Positions 16,185-21,571 of a stretch of 24,044 bases of DNA are shown here, in pieces. Origin of the DNA: a virus (taxonomy: Duplodnaviria; Caudoviricetes); the IMG/VR virus record IMGVR_UViG_3300045838_000021, positions 1 through 24,044 of that record. One strand, written 5' to 3'. The notes beneath the pieces were generated by a model. That model was not told where the DNA came from and made no database searches. It saw only the letters and a list, made by a program, of their open reading frames with translations. The translations under genes and the position numbers were made by a program. Position 1 is the first letter of the stretch; every line of letters begins with the position of its first letter.

Positions 16185-17156
16185 CTAGAACTGGACGTTG
16201 GTGAACTTGCCCTGCCGGGCCACGTTACTGAAGATCAGGTTCCCGGCCCAGAGGAGCAGGGCCGTCATGGCGTCCTGCTGGACGGGCTCACGGAACTCGC
16301 GCAGGTCGAGGTCGGCCCTCGGGTTCACCAGCAGGTACATGTAGTCCTCGTTCAACATGAAGATGTTGTTGGCGGGGACGTGGGAGTCCACGACCCACGG
16401 AACTCCGTTGAAGAGGAGGTTGGTGAAGCCGGACTGGGCCAGTTGTTCATCTGCACCCTGTGGCTGAACGGGGAACGACTGGCTGGGAGTGTTGAGGTTC
16501 CAGTACTTGTTGTATCCAGCCTGGGTAGAAATGATGATCGTGGGGTGACGGCCACCAGCGGTCAGCGTGCCGAACATCGTCTGGAGGTTCAGCAGGGTGA
16601 TGGCGGCGGTGGACGCTGAGCCGGAGGTCGTGTCCAGCGTGGACTGCCACCAGGTGTTGGCTGATCTCAGGAGACCGCCGTAGGTCACGCCCGAGGTGTT
16701 GTCCACTGCGTAGGGGATGCCGTCGATGTTCTTGTGGCCGGGGTTGGTGTCAGTGTTCCAGCACCCGGCCCCCAGGATCTCGGCCATCTCGATCTGGGCG
16801 TTCTCGAACTGGAAGCTGAGGAAGTTCACCACCGCGTCGGGGTGGTCGGCCCGGATGATGTCCAGACCGGAGACCGAGATCGGGACGTCGGCCTGGCGCC
16901 AGTCGAAGGCCGCGTTCTTGACCGTGTCGCTGGGGCTCACGTCGAGCAGGTCGTAGCCGGTGTAGAAGCCGCCCGCCGCCATGCGCTGGTACACGATGGG
17001 GATCTCGAACTGGTAGCCGCCCTGGACGATCTTCTTGTTCATGGCGTTGAGCCGGAAGAACGTCGGGTTCGAGTTGTAGATGTTGTCGTAGACGGTCGGC
17101 ATCAGGAACCGACGGCTGAGGGACGTGATCTCGTTGGTCCCGACGGGCGTAGCCAC
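16185..17156 (-). CDS. Major capsid protein (323 aa)
   Basis: TAAGGAG RBS; size and position after scaffold; HK97-fold-like motifs VYDNIYNSNP, YGGL.RS.NTWW, GFTNLLFNGVPWVVDSHVP, MLNEDY. Confidence 0.88.
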   Translation of the reverse strand: MATPVGTNEITSLSRRFLMPTVYDNIYNSNPTFFRLNAMNKKIVQGGYQFEIPIVYQRMAAGGFYTGYDLLDVSPSDTVKNAAFDWRQADVPISVSGLDIIRADHPDAVVNFLSFQFENAQIEMAEILGAGCWNTDTNPGHKNIDGIPYAVDNTSGVTYGGLLRSANTWWQSTLDTTSGSASTAAITLLNLQTMFGTLTAGGRHPTIIISTQAGYNKYWNLNTPSQSFPVQPQGADEQLAQSGFTNLLFNGVPWVVDSHVPANNIFMLNEDYMYLLVNPRADLDLREFREPVQQDAMTALLLWAGNLIFSNVARQGKFTNVQF

Positions 17157-17168
17157 GTCTATCGCTCC

Positions 17169-18098
17169 TTACTCGTTGATGGCGTTGCCACGCCACAGCT
17201 CTTCGATGGCCGCCCGGAGCCCCGCCTTGCGCTCATCGACGTTGCGGGGCTCGGGTGTGGTCCTCGGGACGGACCCGCTGTTGCCCGTCACGGCCGCCAG
17301 CTTCTTCTGACGCTTCCTGTCCTGCTCCCACTTCGCCCGCTCTTCGGCGATGGCCTTGTCCCGGAACTTCGGGAGAGACCAGTAGGCCACCTCGAAGGCG
17401 TCCCGGACCTGGTGGTAGGGGTCGTTCCCGGGCTTCACCTGGGCGATGGCCCGGATCTCGCGCATGTCGTCGTCGGAGATGCCCTTCTCCTCCTTGAAGG
17501 AGGTGACGACACCCTCCACGATGGCCAGCGCGGCCTGCTGGTTCTGCTGGGTGATGTACTGCTCATGGGCCTCGACCCGCTGGAGCTGGGGTGTGATCCG
17601 CTCCAGGACCTTCTGCTGGGCCTGAGCCTGCACCCAGGAGACAAATCCTTGGGGGTCGTCGTAGGGGTCCGGGGGTTCACCGGCCGGTGGGGCCTCTGGT
17701 GCGGCCTGACCCTCGGGTCGGAGCCCCAGGGCGGCCTGAAAGGCCCGGAGGAACTCGGGGTCGCTGCGTAGACGGGCGTCGGTCTCCGCGTAGAGGCGGG
17801 CCGTCTGCTCGTCAACGACGACTCCGAGGTCATCGAATCGGTATCCGGTGAACCCCTGGGTCTCTACCGGGGCTTGAGGAGGCGGTGGTTCTCCCTCTGG
17901 GCCTGTCGGAACGCTCTGCGTATCGACCGGCGACTCGGGTTCAGGTCCCTCAGGGGGTACGGGCTCTTGCTCGGGACTCTCGGCACCATGTGCGGCATCG
18001 TCGTCCTCCGGTGGGTCCTCAGCCTGGCCCAGGAGCCGGGCCGCGGCGGCATCGAGAGACTCGGCGGTGACGTCCTCGAAGGTGTAGTCGGCGGCCAT
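17169..18098 (-). CDS. Capsid scaffolding protein (309 aa)
   Basis: Acidic Pro/Glu-rich N-terminus, helical middle, basic C-terminal helix; immediately upstream of MCP. Confidence 0.75.
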   Translation of the reverse strand: MAADYTFEDVTAESLDAAAARLLGQAEDPPEDDDAAHGAESPEQEPVPPEGPEPESPVDTQSVPTGPEGEPPPPQAPVETQGFTGYRFDDLGVVVDEQTARLYAETDARLRSDPEFLRAFQAALGLRPEGQAAPEAPPAGEPPDPYDDPQGFVSWVQAQAQQKVLERITPQLQRVEAHEQYITQQNQQAALAIVEGVVTSFKEEKGISDDDMREIRAIAQVKPGNDPYHQVRDAFEVAYWSLPKFRDKAIAEERAKWEQDRKRQKKLAAVTGNSGSVPRTTPEPRNVDERKAGLRAAIEELWRGNAINE

Positions 18099-18488
18099 TT
18101 ACGGTCCTCCCGGTCCTGGGGCACCCCCAGCGGCCATGCCGAGGATCCTTCGTAGCTCGTCGGGGTCGGTGGGACCCTGCATCCCCTGCATGGGGGCACC
18201 CGGACCGGCCATGCCCGCTGCCGCGGGAGGGGCAGGGGGCGCTCCCTGCGGTGGACGAGGACCACCCGGGGCCCCGCCCGGCCCGCCAGGTCGGCCGGGT
18301 GCCCCCATGGCGGCCTGGGCTGCCTGGTCCCCAGGTCCTCCCTGTCGAACGAACTGGAGCAACGCCTGCTGGAGCTGCATCCCCTGCTGGATGTTGGCGT
18401 CGGGGGCGGTCATGCCCTCGGCCAGCATGGCCAGGATCTTCTTCAGGTACTCGCTCCAGGTGGTGGTGGCGTTGCTCGCGGATGCCAT
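18099..18488 (-). CDS. Pro/Gly/Gln/Met-rich hypothetical protein (129 aa)
   Basis: TAATG overlap; helical N-terminal half then low-complexity tail; stop abuts the scaffold ATG. Confidence 0.75.
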   Translation of the reverse strand: MASASNATTTWSEYLKKILAMLAEGMTAPDANIQQGMQLQQALLQFVRQGGPGDQAAQAAMGAPGRPGGPGGAPGGPRPPQGAPPAPPAAAGMAGPGAPMQGMQGPTDPDELRRILGMAAGGAPGPGGP

Positions 18489-18625
18489 TACCGGCCGGGC
18501 TTCAGGTCCCGGGGCTTGGAGTTGTTCTTCTTCACGTAGCCGGGGTCGTTGCCGTAGTCGTGGGCGGTCTGACCCTGGCGCATGATCTTGTCGGTGCCCT
18601 TACGGACGGGCGGGTTCGTCGGCAT
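18488..18625 (-). CDS. Small basic protein (45 aa)
   Basis: MPTNPPVRKGTDKIMRQGQTAHDYGNDPGYVKKNNSKPRDLKPGR; GAGG upstream; nearly all codons end in G/C; TAATG-coupled to the next gene. Confidence 0.8.
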   Translation of the reverse strand: MPTNPPVRKGTDKIMRQGQTAHDYGNDPGYVKKNNSKPRDLKPGR

Positions 18626-18626
18626 C

Positions 18627-18701
18627 TCAACCCCTCAGCTTGCGGCCGCGGTGCTTGGAGTACCGGGCCATGTTCTTGGCGACCTTCGCACGTCGCGCCA
18701 T
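18627..18701 (-). CDS. Arg/Lys-rich micropeptide 6 (24 aa)
   Basis: MARRAKVAKNMARYSKHRGRKLRG; TGATG overlap with peptide 5; AGAGGA upstream. Confidence 0.75.
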   Translation of the reverse strand: MARRAKVAKNMARYSKHRGRKLRG

Positions 18702-18790
18702 CAGATCCTCTTTCCGCCGTGCCGGGCCTTGCGGTACTTCCGGGACCGGGTGGCCGAGCCGGTGACGGCTCCACGGCCGCGGCGGGCCAT
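18701..18790 (-). CDS. Arg/Lys-rich micropeptide 5 (29 aa)
   Basis: MARRGRGAVTGSATRSRKYRKARHGGKRI; TGATG overlaps at both ends. Confidence 0.78.
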   Translation of the reverse strand: MARRGRGAVTGSATRSRKYRKARHGGKRI

Positions 18791-18858
18791 CAGTACCGCT
18801 TCCTGTTCCGACCGCCCCGGGCCTGGACCCGGAACTTGGCTGCCTTGGCCACTGCCAT
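18790..18858 (-). CDS. Arg/Lys-rich micropeptide 4 (22 aa)
   Basis: MAVAKAAKFRVQARGGRNRKRY; TGATG overlaps at both ends; AGAGGA upstream. Confidence 0.78.
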   Translation of the reverse strand: MAVAKAAKFRVQARGGRNRKRY

Positions 18859-18935
18859 CACATCCTCTTTTTCCGGCGGGACATCCGGCCGGAGTGACCG
18901 AATGTCCCGCCACGGATCCTCGCTGCCTTGGCCAT
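18858..18935 (-). CDS. Arg/Lys-rich micropeptide 3 (25 aa)
   Basis: MAKAARIRGGTFGHSGRMSRRKKRM; TGATG overlaps at both ends; GGAGG upstream. Confidence 0.78.
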   Translation of the reverse strand: MAKAARIRGGTFGHSGRMSRRKKRM

Positions 18936-19006
18936 CACTTCCTCCGGGATCTGCGGCCGTGCCGCTTCTTCTCCGGGGCGAAGTCCTTGAGCCGGGAAGC
19001 AACCAT
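18935..19006 (-). CDS. Arg/Lys-rich micropeptide 2 (23 aa)
   Basis: MVASRLKDFAPEKKRHGRRSRRK; ATG 6 nt after the peptide 1 stop; TGATG into peptide 3. Confidence 0.72.
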   Translation of the reverse strand: MVASRLKDFAPEKKRHGRRSRRK

Positions 19007-19012
19007 CGGTAC

Positions 19013-19051
19013 CTACTTCCGCTTGTGGTGACGACCGCGACGACGCGCCAT
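19013..19051 (-). CDS. Arg/Lys-rich micropeptide 1 (12 aa)
   Basis: MARRRGRHHKRK; very strong SD GGAGGAGGT (19058-19066) 6 nt before ATG. An in-frame GTG at 19144 could give a 43-aa form. Confidence 0.7.
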   Translation of the reverse strand: MARRRGRHHKRK

Positions 19052-19146
19052 GCGAGCACCTCCTCCCCGGGGAACGGGCCGACCCCCGGAGTCGTCCATG
19101 GGATCAGCGTCAGGAGCGACAACCGGGCCCCGACGGCGAGGCACTA

Positions 19147-19341
19147 TCAGTAGTCCTCGTCGTCTTCGACGCAGTGCTCGTTGCGCCGGTCGAAGTCCTC
19201 GGGCTCCCAACTGTCGGTCTTGAACCGATTCACGCTGCGGTGCCCGTCAAAGGTCCGCACCATCGAGAAGTCGTTCGACCCACCCTGCCAGCGGCTCGGC
19301 GGCTTCGGGTTGGGACCGTCTACTACGCGGCGACGAGGCAC
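19147..19341 (-). CDS. Small protein with basic N-terminus and acidic C-terminus (64 aa)
   Basis: MPRRRVV...EPEDFDRRNEHCVEDDEDY; GTG start without a clear SD, 6 nt after a -10 hexamer. Confidence 0.7.
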   Translation of the reverse strand: MPRRRVVDGPNPKPPSRWQGGSNDFSMVRTFDGHRSVNRFKTDSWEPEDFDRRNEHCVEDDEDY

Positions 19342-19347
19342 GATGTG

Positions 19348-19375
19348 ATGTTACTTCTTTCTGGCTCTCTGTCGA
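19348..19375 (-). promoter_or_regulatory. Putative sigma70/SigA promoter giving a leaderless transcript
   Basis: TCGACA-N16-TAACAT-N6-GTG(19341), with an AT-rich upstream segment inside the portal 3' end. Confidence 0.6.
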
Positions 19376-21084
19376 GCGCCTGGTTGTTCCATTCCAGCCT
19401 GGTTCTCTTGCTGCAATCTTTGAAAGATTTCATCGGCATTCGGGACTTCCATCATCCGGAGGAAGCTCAAAGTGTCCAGTGCCGATAGTCCTCTCAGCGT
19501 CTGGGCCTCGGCCTGACGCTGGGCCCGGCTGGTCGGCCTGGAGCTTCCGGCCTGGACGGTCAGCATGAACTTGAGCGGGGTCGCTCCCTTGGCCGTGGGG
19601 GCCCAGAAGTGCCTGCCCGCCAGGCCCAGGGCCGTCCTCTCGCCCTCGGAGCCGACGATGGACACCGTGCGGGGCACGGTGTAGTTCTCCACGATGAGGC
19701 CCGCCAGCAGGATGCCCGCCTGGGTCAGGGCCCGCTCCCGGGACCTGATGGCGTCCCTCACCCGGACGAAGGCCGACTCCTGGGTCTGGGTCGTGGTCTT
19801 GTCCCCCTGCCTCTGCTTGGGAGGCTGGAGGGCGTCGAGACCGGCGATCTCCTTCATCCGGTTGCCCCAGTACTCGACCAGGGCCCTCACACCGTCGGGC
19901 ATGTCCGGGGGCCGGAGCCACTGCGGCTGGCCATTGTTGCCCTGCATGGCCGCGCTGTTGACCTTGAGCCGAAGCCCTGGTCGGTTGACGATCCCTACCC
20001 GGTCTGTTCCGGCGTTGGCGGGCTCCATGAAAACGGGGTTGCCGATGAGTTCGGCGTTGTGCTGGAGAGCGGTGAGCAGTCGGTTGAGGTAGATCTGGGG
20101 GTGGGCCAGATGCTCGACCAGAGAGACACCCCAGAAGTCCCCAAGATCATCGAATGCATAACGTACATAGGGGTGTCGTCCGTGTTCCCACAGATCGGTA
20201 GCCAGTTCATCCATGAGAATCTGACCGTTCGCCACCACAACAAGGCGCCAGACATCTGTGACCTCGATGCCATAGACCTCGTCCTCCTCGTCTTCCTCCC
20301 GGTGGCGGTTCTCCCGGAGCCAGAACTCATAGACGGTGACCCCGTCGTCCATCACGTAGTCCCGGCCCTTCTTCACCCCGGACCATCGGGTGTTGCCCCC
20401 TGGGAGGGCCCCAGGATTCGTTTTGGGCTGCCGGTCGATCTCGGTGGCCAGATCCGGCCGCCGGTCCATGTCGTCGTCCCCAGAGAGGATTCCAGCGGCC
20501 TCTGTGGCGATCCTGGCGTCGGGGTAGCGACGCTCCAGCTCGTCCCAGGACATGCGCCGGACCTCGATCATGTAGTCGGCGTCCTCCAGGGAGGTGGCGG
20601 CGGGGTCGGGGTAGAAGGTCCAGGGGTCCACCCGGACGAGCATGGCGTTGCCGTAGCCGTCGCTCAGTGAGGGATCCCAGACGCACTTGTAGATCCCGGC
20701 CCCGTACATGATCGAATCCCAGATGCAGAGCCGGTCGGCCCGGCCGTAGTCCTCCACGATCCAGTTCGTGGCCATCATCCGCTCCAGGTGCTCGGCCAAC
20801 TGGGCGAAGATGGGGTAGTCCGGGCTCTTGGTGGAGCGGCTGGCGCTGATCTCGAAGCTGACCCGCTGGTCGGTCATCCAACTGACGAGGCTGGCGCAGA
20901 CCGGGTAGATCTGGCTGTCCCGGGGCTGGGGCATCCAGTTGGCGCTGGTGCCGCCGTAGCGGTTGTTGACCAGGCGGTAGGACCTCGTCCAGCGGCTGTA
21001 GAGGTCCCGCTTGGCCTTCCTGGCGCTCTGGTAGAGGACCTTGAGCTTCCCGACCAGGTCGCTGTCGAGATCCGTGACTGTCAT
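19351..21084 (-). CDS. Portal protein (P22-like/podophage type, 577 aa)
   Basis: Size and position after TerL; D.IMYGAGIYK..WD, VDPWTFYPDP.A..LEDA.Y, VYEFW, PYV......GDFWGVSLVE.L..PQ..LN motifs. Confidence 0.9.
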   Translation of the reverse strand: MTVTDLDSDLVGKLKVLYQSARKAKRDLYSRWTRSYRLVNNRYGGTSANWMPQPRDSQIYPVCASLVSWMTDQRVSFEISASRSTKSPDYPIFAQLAEHLERMMATNWIVEDYGRADRLCIWDSIMYGAGIYKCVWDPSLSDGYGNAMLVRVDPWTFYPDPAATSLEDADYMIEVRRMSWDELERRYPDARIATEAAGILSGDDDMDRRPDLATEIDRQPKTNPGALPGGNTRWSGVKKGRDYVMDDGVTVYEFWLRENRHREEDEEDEVYGIEVTDVWRLVVVANGQILMDELATDLWEHGRHPYVRYAFDDLGDFWGVSLVEHLAHPQIYLNRLLTALQHNAELIGNPVFMEPANAGTDRVGIVNRPGLRLKVNSAAMQGNNGQPQWLRPPDMPDGVRALVEYWGNRMKEIAGLDALQPPKQRQGDKTTTQTQESAFVRVRDAIRSRERALTQAGILLAGLIVENYTVPRTVSIVGSEGERTALGLAGRHFWAPTAKGATPLKFMLTVQAGSSRPTSRAQRQAEAQTLRGLSALDTLSFLRMMEVPNADEIFQRLQQENQAGMEQPGARQRARKK

Positions 21085-21200
21085 CAGATGCGGCGGATGA
21101 AGGCGAAGGCCACCGCGGCGATGACCACGATGATGAGGATGACGATGAGCACGTTGATCAGGCTGTCGGTGGAGTTGTCAACGACGGCGAGCCAGTTCAT
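21084..21200 (-). CDS. Single-pass membrane micropeptide (38 aa)
   Basis: MNWLAVVDNSTDSLINVLIVILIIVVIAAVAFAFIRRI; ATGA overlap upstream, TGATG with the portal, AGGAGG RBS. Not in the ORF track. Confidence 0.82.
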   Translation of the reverse strand: MNWLAVVDNSTDSLINVLIVILIIVVIAAVAFAFIRRI

Positions 21201-21571
21201 GAGAACGTCCTCCTGGTCATGTTCTTCTGACCGAGGTCAACGGCCGCCTGCTCGGTCTTGTCCAGGCCCTCGTCGGTCACCCGTCCAGCATCCTTCGCGT
21301 CCACCCACTCGACGGGGACGAACCGATGCTCGGTCCCAGTGCGTTCAGAAGCCTCATCAGAGCGTCGTTTGAGACCGTCCTCAAACTCACGACGATTTCG
21401 CACGTATGCCCCGAGGGCGTTGTTCCAGTGAGGCTCCATGTCCCGTCGTGTAGACACTCGATGCCAGATACGTCGAATGGGAGCCTGGCAACAGGTGGAG
21501 GGGAAGGTGGGGTTGTGGACGGGATAGTCAAGATCCCTCCCGCAGTTGGTGCATCTGAAGGGATAGATCAT
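21197..21571 (-). CDS. FmdB-like zinc-ribbon protein (124 aa)
   Basis: MIYPFRCTNCG...TCCQAPIRRIW; ATGA overlap with TerL. Confidence 0.75.
   Translation of the reverse strand: MIYPFRCTNCGRDLDYPVHNPTFPSTCCQAPIRRIWHRVSTRRDMEPHWNNALGAYVRNRREFEDGLKRRSDEASERTGTEHRFVPVEWVDAKDAGRVTDEGLDKTEQAAVDLGQKNMTRRTFS

Noticed and set aside
17820-18000. Atypical codons in the scaffold N-terminus
   Set aside because: Falls in a disordered Pro/Glu linker where relaxed selection suffices; no convincing long stem seen.
5717-19015. Genome-wide TAG reassignment (5 of 7 TAG stops are in frame with the next gene)
   Set aside because: Genes are intact under code 11, most downstream genes have their own RBS, and two TAG junctions are out of frame. 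TGA is consumed by overlap junctions, which explains the bias.
18532-19210. Track ORFs of 65-110 aa across the peptide region
   Set aside because: They overlap each other heavily and three simply end in one of the micropeptides; the TGATG/SD-chained short ORFs tile the region exactly.
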